Assembly: GCF_006345805.1 (NCBI RefSeq)
Contig: NW_021833584.1
Location: 1-64,000, forward strand
DNA from: Octopus sinensis
Lineage: Eukaryota
Direction of reading: 5' to 3'
DNA length: 64,000 bases
The notes beneath the pieces are model-generated. The model made no database searches. It saw nothing but the letters and a program-made list of their open reading frames with translations, and was not told the DNA's origin. Shown here in pieces: positions 13,522-26,154 of this stretch. A program made the position numbers and the translations under genes. Within the stretch, counting starts at the first letter, position 1; every line of letters begins with the position of its first letter.

Positions 13522-14009
13522 TGTAGTAGTGGTGACAGTCATGCTTCACAATTTGACTGTAGCGAGATGATTAAATCTGTGCCTTAATACAGGTGTGTGG
13601 GCTCCAGATTGCTAGGTGTTTTCAAACTGTATTCTGACCAATCAGTGTGTAGCATCACTCATTACTTAAGCTGATTGGTTTAGGCGTCACGCTTTGTTGA
13701 ACATGTCAAGAGTCCTGTATCTTAACCCTGGCCGAGGCAGCAATTGTTGGGCTTTTTAGAAATGTTGTAAGGGATTTTATATTTCAATTGTCATCATCAT
13801 CATTGTCAGCACCTTAATTATTGTTGCTAGTGGTGATGGTGGTGGCAATAGAACTTTTAACCCTAAATAAGATAATTTTCCTGCTATCTTCATCTTGATC
13901 ACCTTTGGTATTGTTGTTGTTGTTAGTGGTCATGGTCGTAGCAGTAGAAGTAGTACCTCTAAGTATTATTATTATTGCATATTTTAGCTTGGTTCGAATT
14001 TATCAATAA

Positions 14010-14731
14010 AATTATTTTCTCATGATTTTCCTCTCGATTCACTTGGGCTTGTGTAATTTTGTAGAATGGAAAAATTATATATATTTCGCGACGCATGTTG
14101 CTAGGTGTTACTCAAAGGTATTTGACGGACCTCTGGGTCCCTAATCTGTTGTCGGTGTACACGTGAGCGTTCTGATAGTGCATTTCCCGTCTGACCTACA
14201 TATATTCTTCACAATTTGGGCATTTGGTGCAGTAAATTAAATTTCTGCTTTTGCAGTTCATATTCGCGTTTTGTGAATATTTTCCCCGGTTTTTGTGTTT
14301 ATATATTGGCCGGTGTGTATGATTGGCATGCCACATCGGCTATCATTGCATTGAGATACAGTAATATTTGGTCTTAGTTGCTAAGGTCAAATTTTGCCTT
14401 TGTTAGTAATTTTTTCAAGGTTTTTAGGCTGTCGTTTACTAAGAACCATAGCTCGATCCGTGATTATATCTTTTAATTCATTACTTTGAGCAATGATTTG
14501 TAGTTTGCTTTGGCAATGCTGAAGATATTCTGGTGACATGGGTTGTGTGTCACTATGAATGGTATGACTTGTTCTGGTTTTCCTCTTCCTTGGTTGCCAA
14601 GTTGTTGTATGGGTATTTTTATAGCCCGCTGTATGCCATTTTCTATAAGTAGAGATGGGTATTTTGTTTGAGCAAAATTCTCTTAGTTCTGTTAGGCGTT
14701 TGTTCCTGATATTTGTATCTTCTACAATGGT

Positions 14732-14733
<2 letters not shown>
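14010..14733 (-). mobile_element. Penelope-like element, decayed linker + GIY-YIG endonuclease region
   Basis: Minus-strand translation fragments: YPSLLIENGIQRAI, KRQPKNLKKLLTKAKF, NMNCKSRNLIYCTKCPNC..YVGQTG..L.ER..VHRQQI; frameshifts present. Confidence 0.8.
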
Positions 14734-14790
<57 letters not shown>

Positions 14791-14791
14791 A

Positions 14792-14835
<44 letters not shown>

Positions 14836-14895
14836 TAATATATATATCATTTATAATCTACGTGCAGATCGTATACGTGTGGTAATCGAGTATTC

Positions 14896-15338
14896 TATAA
14901 AAAAACGAAGTTTGAAAACGCTACTATATAAGATATATTTTAATTTTGTTAGTAATTTTACAGTTTTTCGGTTCTTCTTGAAAAAACGAACCTTATCAAG
15001 AATATTTTTCAAGTTAAGTGTAATAAAATGTTCTAATTATTTCTTACTGGTCTCAACAGAATCCACGTGGTGGTTTTTTGTGGAGAGTAAGCATAATAGC
15101 TGTAAATTTAAAGTTAAATGTAATAAATTTACAACTATTATGCTTCCTCTCCACAAAACATTACCACGTAGATTCTGTTGAGACCAGTAAGAAACAATTA
15201 TGAACATTTTTATTACACTTAACTTTTTAAAATATCTTTGATAAGGTTCGTTTTTTCAAGAAGAACCGGAACATGTAAATTTTCTAAGAAAATTAAGATT
15301 TATCTTATATAGTGACGTTTTCAAACTTCTTTTTTATA
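14896..15338. mobile_element. Foldback/MITE-like long inverted repeat (two 215-bp arms, 13-bp spacer)
   Basis: 14896-15110 is the imperfect reverse complement of 15124-15338; TA at both ends. Confidence 0.85.
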
Positions 15339-15339
15339 A

Positions 15340-15363
15340 ATATATATATGTATATATATATGT

Positions 15364-15442
<79 letters not shown>

Positions 15443-15455
15443 TAGATAGATAGAT

Positions 15456-15500
<45 letters not shown>

Positions 15501-15590
15501 AGGATAGATACATACATACATACATACATACATACATACATACATACATTCATACATACATACATATATACATACATACATACATACATA
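15340..15590. repeat. (TA)n-(GATA)n-(CATA)n compound microsatellite
   Basis: Direct reading. Confidence 0.96.
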
Positions 15591-16659
15591 AACCTGTGTG
15601 TATGTAAAAGTATGAATTTTCGTATATGCCCAACACTGTCTGACGACAGGCTCTCTTTGCTTTAGTCTCCGTTACTTAGCGGTTCGAATATAGGATCCGA
15701 TAGAAAGATATCATACTGACAACAAGAACTGAAGCCAATCTGTTTCACTGACACGACCAGGCACTGTTCAGGCATGGCGGCATTCCAATAACTACAGCAT
15801 GTAGAATACTAAAAAACATGATCGAATTGTCGTTACATATTTGGGTCAGAAAGTAAAGTTATCGAACACATCGTGGCAGGTCTATTACAGTATCGATTAT
15901 GGAATAAAGTTCGATCGAAAATTTGACAACAGCGAAATTCGAAACTATAAACGAAAGATTTGTAACTAAATATTGCAACATATATTTGTTCGATGCCCTT
16001 GCGACTCTGTGAATCTGCGGTCACATATCGGTCGGCTGCATATAACTAAATCTGTAAATCACGGTCGCCATTTTGTCGAACATTCGATCAACTCTCTCAG
16101 TCCACTAAACACATGTGAAGAAATCAGTATTAAACCAATATTCATAGCTTCTTAGAAGATATTTTAGACAAAACATGAATCATCCTAGGTTTCACTCATT
16201 TACCTTTTAAATATAAATTATTCAATAAATAGATAATTTTTTTTTTTCGATTTCTATAGAAGAGGGAAATTATAGAAAATTAGGAAAATTTTCTCAAAAA
16301 GAAAAAAAAATCGAATTCAAAGATATTCATCTTTAATCTCTTCCAAAGTATTAAGTTGTTTAATGTTACACTTTTGTCTAGTCAGTGTAAAATCAATATT
16401 TGTATAAAATTCATTGAATTAATAAAAAAAAAAAGAAAATATGCTACTAATATTATATTCATGAGATTTGTCTATGTTTTCACACTTTTTAGTTGGTGCA
16501 ATGTATTGGCTTTAAAATGGAAGCAGCAGCCTCAAAGAGAAACAGAAAGATAAAGAGAGAGAGAGAGAGAGAGTTAGAGCGAAAGAAAAACGAATTAACG
16601 AGGTGGGTTTTTTATCATATTATATATATATATATATATATATATACATACATACAAAT

Positions 16660-16699
<40 letters not shown>

Positions 16700-16951
16700 C
16701 ACACATGCATATATATGTGTGTGTCTGATCTGTGTGTATGTAGTATATAGATATATATATATTATATGCATATATATGTGTGTGTCTGTATGTATGTGTG
16801 TAGTATATATATATACATGTATGTTTGTATACACACACATATGCAATTGCATATAAATATACATATATTTCTATGTATATATTATATATATACATGTATG
16901 TAAGAAGGCCCCTATGCATGTATACATATATACATATTTATTATTGCATGC

Positions 16952-16994
<43 letters not shown>

Positions 16995-17622
16995 TGCACA
17001 TACACATTACTACAAACACGTGTGTACATGTATACATGTACATGTGTGTGTATGTGTGTGTGGATAGGTGTGGATGGCTGCATAAGATTTTTACTGGAAT
17101 TTAAAAAGTTTCATTGTAAACAAAAAGCAAATGGAATCGTTACTCGGCGTGAAGCTTTACCGACTTTCAGCCGATCATTGAACAAATAAAACATTATAAA
17201 AATAATTACCGGCAGCCATAATTATCAATCAGAGCAGCGATCGAACGCTTATTGGAGGAAATTTGCTCATAGATTTAAAAACAAGGTATCTGGTGAATGG
17301 ATGATATAACTGTTAAAATATGTATAGATATATTTTTTTTTATTTTTGTGAATTTCGAATGAGATAAAACTATAAATAATAGCCTGTAAATGATGAGTAA
17401 GACGACCTTTTTGTATGAGAAAGGGTTGAAGGCAGCTCGTGGGACTCGATCTCACAGCTCCAGGAAACTAGAGTTCTCTCACAGGAGCAAAACTGACCAT
17501 CTAATATCTGTGTCCATTTTATAAGATTTATTCTTATTTTCTAGTTGATGTCATAACAAATTTTAAACTTCACTTGAATGGTGAATCTCGAAACGGATAG
17601 AGTTGTAAATAAAATTTAAATA

Positions 17623-17953
17623 GGCGCAGGGGTGGCTGTGTGGTAAGTAGCTTGCTTACCAACCACATAGTCTTGGGTTCAGTCCCATCGCATGGTACCT
17701 TGGGCAAGTGTCTTCTACTATAGCCTCGAGCCGACCAAAGCGTTGTAAGTGGATTTCGTAGACGGAAACTGGAAGAAGCCTGCCGTATATATATATACGA
17801 AATCCACTTACAACGCTTTGGTCGGCTCGAGGCTATAGTAGAAGACACTTGCCCAAGGTACCACGCGATGGGACTGAACCCAGGACTATGTGGTTGGTAA
17901 GCAAGCTACTTACCACACAGCCACTCCTGCGCCTATTTAAATTTTATTTACAG

Positions 17954-18027
<74 letters not shown>

Positions 18028-18240
18028 ATGTTTGTGTGTCTGTTTGTGCCCCCAACATCGCTTGACAACAGATGGTGGTGTGGTTACCTCCCCGTAACCT
18101 AGCGGTTCGGCGAAAGAAACCGATAGAATAAGTAATAGGCTTACAAATAATAAGTCCTGAAGTCAATTTCTTCGACTAAAGGCGGTGCTCCAGCATGGCC
18201 CCAGTCAAATGACTGAAACAGGCAAAAGAGTAAAAGAGTG
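17623..18240 (+). mobile_element. SINE family A interrupted by an inverted copy of its own 5' half
   Basis: 5' half 17623-17786, inverted copy 17796-17952, 3' half resumes about 18030-18240 ending GTAAAAGAG. Confidence 0.9.
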
Positions 18241-18580
18241 TAAAGATTGGTTTAACCATAATTTTAGGTCGAAAACGTCGAAGGATACCGGACGAACTCA
18301 GACTCACATCTCCAGTATACATGACATGAACAAATACACGCATGAATATATGAATTTAAAAATATTAAAACTAGAAAAAAGGAACAATAAAGTGGGAAGA
18401 AAAGAGATGTTGTGAAAGAGAAGAATAAGTGCAAGGAATAGTGGAGGAAGAATAAAAATCTATGAGCTTGTAAGTAAGTTCATGTATCTGTGTGCTTGAA
18501 ATTAACTCAGGTACATGTAAAATTCCCTAAATTGTATATACTCGGATTTTTGCATGATGAAATTGTCAGAAATATTTACT

Positions 18581-18906
18581 GTGTGTATGTATGCATGCAT
18601 GCATGTATGTATGTATGTATGTATGTATGCATGTATGCATGTATGTATGTATGTATGTATGTATGTATGTATGTATGTATGTATGCATGCATGTATGTAT
18701 GTATGTATGTATGCATGCATGCATGTATGTATGCATGTATGTATGCATGTATGTATGTATGTATGTATGTATGTATGTGTGCATGTATGAATGTATGTAT
18801 GTATGCATGCATATGTGTATGTATGTATGCATGTATGTATGTATGCATGTATGTATGTATGTATGTATGTATGTATGTATGTATGTATGTATGTGTGCAT
18901 GTATGT
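18581..18906. repeat. (TATG)n/(CATG) microsatellite
   Basis: Direct reading. Confidence 0.96.
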
Positions 18907-18930
18907 AACTATTTGGACTTTGGATATGTA

Positions 18931-19142
18931 TCTATTAGTATGTCGATTACGGCACATTCACCGTTTTAATCGATTTTCTCGGTGCGTATGGGGGCTAGGG
19001 AAAAAATACAAACTGCATTCCAAAATATGCACCCGTCTGCACATGTGTGCCATTTTTTCATGCGAATCCACCCAGCCGTTTGGCTGTGAACCTCAAGACA
19101 AGAAAGAATACAACGATCGCCCATGTCCAATTTATATTATAG
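18931..19142 (+). mobile_element. Possible non-autonomous Helitron/Helentron-like element
   Basis: Begins TC after A, ends TTATAG before AT; contains TGTGCCA..TTTCATGCGAATCCACCCAGCCGTTTGGCTGTGA, resembling DINE/Lep1/HINE-type cores (recognition from memory, unverified). Confidence 0.3.
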
Positions 19143-19284
19143 ATATATATCACACATACATACAACGCCGCAAACACAAGTACATGCAGAAGTATTATCG
19201 TATGTTTGCAGAAATGATTAAGAAGTTTATTGGCGGCCATCAGTAAATTTCTTTTAAACACATTTTCCTTCCGTTGTGTAGCAT

Positions 19285-19388
19285 TAGTAGTGGTGGTGGT
19301 GGTGGCGGTGGTGGTGGTGGTGGTGGTGGTGGTGGTGGTGGTGGTGGTGGTGGTGGTGGTGGTGGCGGTGGTGGTGGTGGTGGTGGCG

Positions 19389-19426
<38 letters not shown>

Positions 19427-19510
19427 GGTGGTGGTGGTAGTAGTAGTAATAGTAGTGGTGGCTGTGGTGGTTGTGATGGTAGTAGTAGTAGTAGTGGTAG
19501 TAGTAGTAGC

Positions 19511-19566
<56 letters not shown>

Positions 19567-19592
19567 TAGTAGTAACAGCAGTAGTAGTAGTA
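19285..19592. repeat. (GGT)n/(AGT)n microsatellite
   Basis: Direct reading; explains poly-G/V/P ORFs. Confidence 0.97.
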
Positions 19593-20926
19593 AAAGTCTA
19601 TTAATTATGACAGTGATAAAATGAAATGAATGCGGATTCGCGAGTTGTTCTAATTGTGTTGAACAATAGGAGAAGTGAAAATGAAAAGGAGAATTAAATG
19701 GATAAATATATATATATATATATATATCTATATATATATATATATATATATATACGAAATTTAACCTATCGTTTACTAGCGAAGACATCCACTGCTACCA
19801 TTTCAGATTCCAATAGATATGCAAAATAAACACATTGATGAATGCGTATACATGCATTCATATATATATATATATATAATATATACATACGACATATATA
19901 CATACATACATACATACATATTATATATATGTATGTATATATGTGTGTATATATATATATGTATTTATGTATTTATGTATATAATATATGTATGTATGTA
20001 TGTATATATTGTGTATATATATATGTATGTATGTATGGATGTATGTATATATATATGTGAATTATCCATATATCTATCTGTGTATATGTATATATATTAT
20101 GTGTATATACATATATATATGTATATGTATATATATATATGTATATGTTTATATATATATATGTATATGTATATGTATATATGTATATATATATAGGTAT
20201 ATGTGTATATATATATGTACACACACATATATATATATATATACGTATATATATATATATTTATGTATATGTATATATGTATATGTATATATATGTATAT
20301 ATATATATGTATGTATGTAAATGTACACATACACACACACACACACACACACTCATACACATAGCTATATTAAAACAAAGATTGGATTATGTGGTATCAT
20401 TTTAATCCTTGTGCTACACAGGTTTCCTCCTAAGACCGGCAAATATATTTGATAAATGTAAATATTGATATTATTAACAATCCTTTCTACAATATATCGT
20501 TTCTATATTCTTAATAATATAGATATCATGTATTCATTATAGAAATATATACGTGTGTGTGCATGTTTGGGTGTGTTTGTGTCTGTGTGTGTTTAGGTGA
20601 ATATGTAGGGCATCTCACAAACTGTAGATCTTCAGGCACGCATTCATTATGATATGGTTAAACACTTGCAAATCTTCTTTATGTACAATCAATGGAATTT
20701 AATAGAGGATACAGAGATAAAGCCAGAAAAAAGAAAGGAGAGGATGAATGGAGGCAATAATATAGAGAGAGAGTAAAAGAGAGAAGGAGGAAATAATCGA
20801 TGAGAGTATGGTGTACAACGGAAGGAAAGCATGTTTCCAATATTGGTGCAGTTGACCTAACTTATATATGTATATATATAACTATATATATATATAATAA
20901 GTATTTATTATATATATATATATATG

Positions 20927-20972
<46 letters not shown>

Positions 20973-21220
20973 TATATATATTGAATTTAAAAACATTAAA
21001 ACCAGAAAAAGGAACCATAAAGTGGGAAGAAAGGATGTTGTGAAAGAGGAGAATAATTCAAGGAATAGTGGAGGAAGAATAAAAATCTATGAGCTTGTAA
21101 GTAAGTTCATGTAACGGTGTGCTTGAAATTAACTCATATATATATATGTATGTCTGTATGTATATGGGAAAAAAAGGTCCAGATAGAAAATGGTAAAATA
21201 ATTTTATAAAAAGACATTTT

Positions 21221-21256
21221 CAGTACCGGTTTCAGTCATTGAGACTTTTTCAACTG
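21221..21256 (-). ncRNA. Minimal hammerhead ribozyme motif with U3-A8 core
   Basis: Minus strand: CAG-TTGAAAA-AGTC tcaat GACT-GAAAC-CG-GTA-CTG; stems I and II pair perfectly, stem III is the palindrome ACCGGT. Confidence 0.6.
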
Positions 21257-21288
21257 TAATTAATGAAAACAACTGAATTTTGGAAATT

Positions 21289-21348
<60 letters not shown>

Positions 21349-21539
21349 TATATATTATATATATATCTTATATATATATATCATACATATATATTATATA
21401 CATAATATATATATATATACATATATATATATACATATATATATATGTATATACATATATATATATCTGTATATACATATATATATATGTATTTATATAT
21501 ACATATATATATATGTATATATATGAATGCGTGTATTTG

Positions 21540-21745
21540 TGTACCCTTGATCCGCCAAACCATCGCTAGACTACCAATGTTAGTGTGTTTACGTCCCTAT
21601 AACTTAGAGGTTCGATAAAAAAGGCCGATAGAATAAGTACTAGGCTTACAAAGAATAAGTTCTGGGGTGAATTTTTTCGACTAAATGCGGTGCTCCAGCA
21701 TGGCCGCAGTCAAATGACTGAAACAAGTAAAAGAGTAAAAGAAAA
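21540..21745 (+). mobile_element. SINE family A, 3' half
   Basis: Tail GCGGTGCTCCAGCATGGCCGCAGTCAAATGACTGAAACAAGTAAAAGAGTAAAAG. Confidence 0.88.
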
Positions 21746-23244
21746 CAAGCGAGCAGTGACATGTTGATTATTTAAGAGATTATTGATAAATGAAATTTGC
21801 ACTAACACGGGTACAGTTAATTTATTTCTCGGGGTAATTAAGCGTGACACAGAATGTGATAAAGCTTGATAGTTGAACGAAATACCTCGCAAGAAATATC
21901 ATAGAGTAATCTCCCTTTTCTAAGTTTCTCGAAGCATCTGTGTCATGAGACGTGATTCTTAATTATTCAAGAAGCTTAGGGTTTCTCTTCGAAGTTTCTA
22001 GAATGACTAGCGTTCCATTAATAAAATCAGCTTGCTAACCCTGCTTTTCGCTTCTTAGTCGATTAGACTTACAGCCATTCACATCATTGTTATGTCTGTT
22101 TATTTCTCTAATTCACATGACTGAAAACTACAACTACAGCTGTTATTTCTATATTTTGTATCTGAACTTTCACACAAAAATAACTTCATTTATCTAGATT
22201 CTACATCGACCAGTAAATAAAATGTATTTTTATAAAGCAAATATACAGATCTTGAATTTATTCTTCATCTCTTTATGAACTCTTGTAATAACATACACGC
22301 AGCCACATCAATATCTGGTACTGACTATACATATCCACTTCAGACTGAAGCACCTTGAAACAGAGAGACTTGCTTAAGGACGTGATGCTATGTCGGGAAT
22401 CGAGCTCACAGCCTTACTATGATGAGTTGAATACCCTAATCGCTAATCCACGCACATTCGCGATGTGTATCTATATGTATCTATCTATATGTACACATGA
22501 ACATTCACTCTCGTGGATGTCCGTATAAATGTGCTCACCCAGCCAGACCAAATTACTGCGTAGACGGACAGTCTTTGTTTCCACCGGTGTTAAAAATATT
22601 AGTTCTTTTGTAGGGCCATAAGTTCACAAAACTATCAACAGATTTTAAATATAGAAAATATTTGGCACAAAGTTTTCCTCTCTACTTCAAAAGTTTGTTT
22701 TACTAATTTATTTTTTTCTTTAAGAGGTAGTCAGACATAGTCTTTTTTGTGTATGTTTTGTATTGAACTGACTGTGAAGTAATAGATAGATAGGTAGATA
22801 GATAGACTTGTTCAGAAGCCGCATCTTCACCTGAGCTGTATTAAAGTGCACAAACACACATACACGCACGGACGCAGACACAAACACAAACACACGCACA
22901 CGCGTAAATGTATATATATATATATGTGTGTGTATATATATATATATATATATACACATATATACATACATACTTATATACATATATATATACATATATA
23001 TGTATGTATGTGCAATTTACTGACATAAAATGTACTTCTGTATATGTTAAATTTACATAACTATATATATAATATATATATATGTGTGTGTGTGTGTATG
23101 TATATATATATATATATATATATATTTCACACTTTATCCAACACATGAGCGTATATGGAAGTATATATACTTGCATATGAATTATGTAAGTTGATATATG
23201 ACTGTATGTGTTTATCTACAGACACACACGCATACACACATATA

Positions 23245-23310
<66 letters not shown>

Positions 23311-23364
23311 TAAGTATATATACATATAGATATATACAGATATATATGTGTATATATGTATATA

Positions 23365-23374
23365 GGTAGATTGT

Positions 23375-23420
<46 letters not shown>

Positions 23421-23423
23421 TAC

Positions 23424-23499
<76 letters not shown>

Positions 23500-23500
23500 G
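23365..23500. repeat. (GATA)n microsatellite
   Basis: Direct reading. Confidence 0.96.
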
Positions 23501-24697
23501 TGCGCCATTACTTAATGGATGTCTAAAACTACGTGTTCATAAAAGCGTGTGACATTAATGGGAAGCCAGAAAGTCTTTGTTTTTTGCGATGCTAAAATAT
23601 CAGTTTTTAAGGGCCACAAGTTCAGAAAACGTTCAAGATATTTTAAATATAGCAAAATCTTTGCACAGACCGTTTTTTTTTTGTTTGTCTATGTTTCTCC
23701 TTGAAAAGTATATATAACAAAAAAATATATATTGTTTCTATAAATAATTGGCTTGAGTTTTTGTTTTGTCTTGTTGAGACAAACGAGTCATAAAATATTG
23801 TCACAACTCTTGGACGTCACAACTGAATGCCTTTCTCTGTGATGGTTTGTGTGTGTTCGTGTGTGTACGTGTGTGTGTGTGCGTGTGCGTGAGTGCGTGC
23901 GTTAGTGAGTACTTCTGTGCGATTGTGTGTTATTGTGCATATGCGTGTGTTAGTGTGTACTTGTGTGCGATTGTGTGTTATTGTGTATGTGCGTGCGTTA
24001 GTGTGTATATGTTTGCGATTGTGTGTGTGCGTGCGTTAGTGCGTATTTGTGTGCGACTGCGTGTGATTGTGTGTGTGTGTGTGTGTGTTAGTGTGTATAT
24101 GTGCGTGTGTTGTGTATGTGTGTCTGCGTGCGTTAGTGTGTATATGTGTGCAATTGTGTGGGGGGGGACGTTAGTGTAAATATGTGTGTGATTGTGTGAG
24201 TGCGTAAGTTAGTGTGTATATGTGTGTGTGTGCGTTCGTTAGTGTGTATATGTGTATGATCGTGTGTGTGTATGTGTCTCAATTTTTGCTGGTGATGTGG
24301 ATATTTTACACCTCAAGAATCGAGAGAAATCCGCCTTACCTATGTAGCTTTATTCAGTATGAACGTACACACGCACAACTGTGCATGTATCCACAAGCAC
24401 GCATGCGCCCACATCCCCATCCACACATACAAAGTTAAAGATCCCTTTCAGTCATAAATGAACACAGACCTGAACCTAGAAAATGCCCATGTGAGGCACA
24501 AGCCCAAACGAGGACGTTTATGGGAGACCTACAGTCGTCCATGTATTGCAGCCTTCTCTCTCCTCGTCACCGATGTTATCCAAGAGAAGGGCCAAAGGGC
24601 CGATACAGCTTGGCACCGTTGACTTTGTGACTCATTTCTAGAGATGAGCTAACAGGACCAACGTGAAATAAAGTGTCAGAATATAAAATATTGAAAG

Positions 24698-24801
24698 GGC
24701 GGCGAGCTGGCAGAATCGTTAGCACCCTGGGTGAAATGTTTTGCGGTATTTCATCTGTCTTTATGTTCTGAGTTCAAATTCCGCTGTGGTTGACTTTGCC
24801 T

Positions 24802-24854
<53 letters not shown>

Positions 24855-24996
24855 CAAGCAAAACGCCCCACGTCCAATTGACGGTGCTGAGTTGTCAAAC
24901 ATTTAAACCAGATTTTCTCAAAGGATGAAAGGCAAAGTCGACCACGGCGGAATTTGAACTCAGAACGTAAAGACAGATGAAATACCGCAAAACATT
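24698..24996. mobile_element. SINE family B 5' part (+) with a local inverted copy (-)
   Basis: 24735-24802 and 24929-24996 are reverse complements and share private variants. Confidence 0.8.
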
Positions 24997-26154
24997 ATAT
25001 ATATATATTTATATATATACATATGCATATATGTATAAGCGGTGAACAAACCGGACCAAGGTTTCATTCTGCGTGTAGATTTTCCAACCGTGTAAGTTTC
25101 CTTGTTTTAATTAAATAGAGATGTAGTTTGTAGAGAGTAAGTGGTATATCCCATATAAATATTTCGACGCAGGTTAATGTATGCCATACAGCAAATGTCT
25201 TGTCATTGAAATGTCCCCGGAAAAAAATCACCAGTCGTCGGCATATCGAAATTAGTTCCCATCTTCCATAATTTGATTTCTGTATTTTTTTTATATTTAG
25301 CTTTAAATTTTCGTTAACGTTGTGAAATTTTAAAGATGGCAACACAGCTTCTATGCAAGACGTTTTCGTATACTTTTTATTATGTCTGTCATAATGTGAA
25401 GTTTTAGATGTCTTCTAAACGTACTCAGGAAATCTTTGATCGAAAGGTACTTTTTTTTTATAAGCTTTGCTTCTATTTTGTTTCTCTCTGTCATATCCGT
25501 TTTGAAGACTGCTATATAATTTTATGTCTTTCAAAGCGAACATTGTTGCAGTATGGAATCATGAACGTTGAAGAATGTGTATCTATCGAGGTTTTGTTTT
25601 TTTTCTTCTTTTTTGCGTTCTTTGTTGTATTCTAATGTCTAATACAATACCTTTACTCATTTTACATATATTTACAATGTCGCAGGTTATGCAACAGCTT
25701 CGCTGAGAATGGCGACGTAATGTGTGAAAAACGACCATATCCGTCGCCATTATCGCAAATGTTTCTTTCAAGTTTAAACACGGTTTTCTCTACTGTTTTA
25801 CTTCTTTCATTATCTCCTTTCATCGCATCATCTAATAAATATTGAGAAAACATCAACTTTAAAGCAACATCCGCCTAATAAGCTAAAAGTTCTCTTTACA
25901 AAGGAGAGGGCATTTGTTGGCTTAAAAAAAATCTATACGACTAAACTAAACAGCAACAAGGCTGAAAGTGAATCTAACAATCACAAAATGCGCTAACGAG
26001 AAAGCCGTTAGCCGATCGGTAAGACCTGCTAGAAATAACAGCCAAACTTATAAACGATATTCCACATTCTAAATATGCAAGAAAATTTAGTTGGGTTAAA
26101 TTGCTCCCATTTGTGAGGGGTGAGTTGATGGGAACGTTTTCGGATATATTTCAT

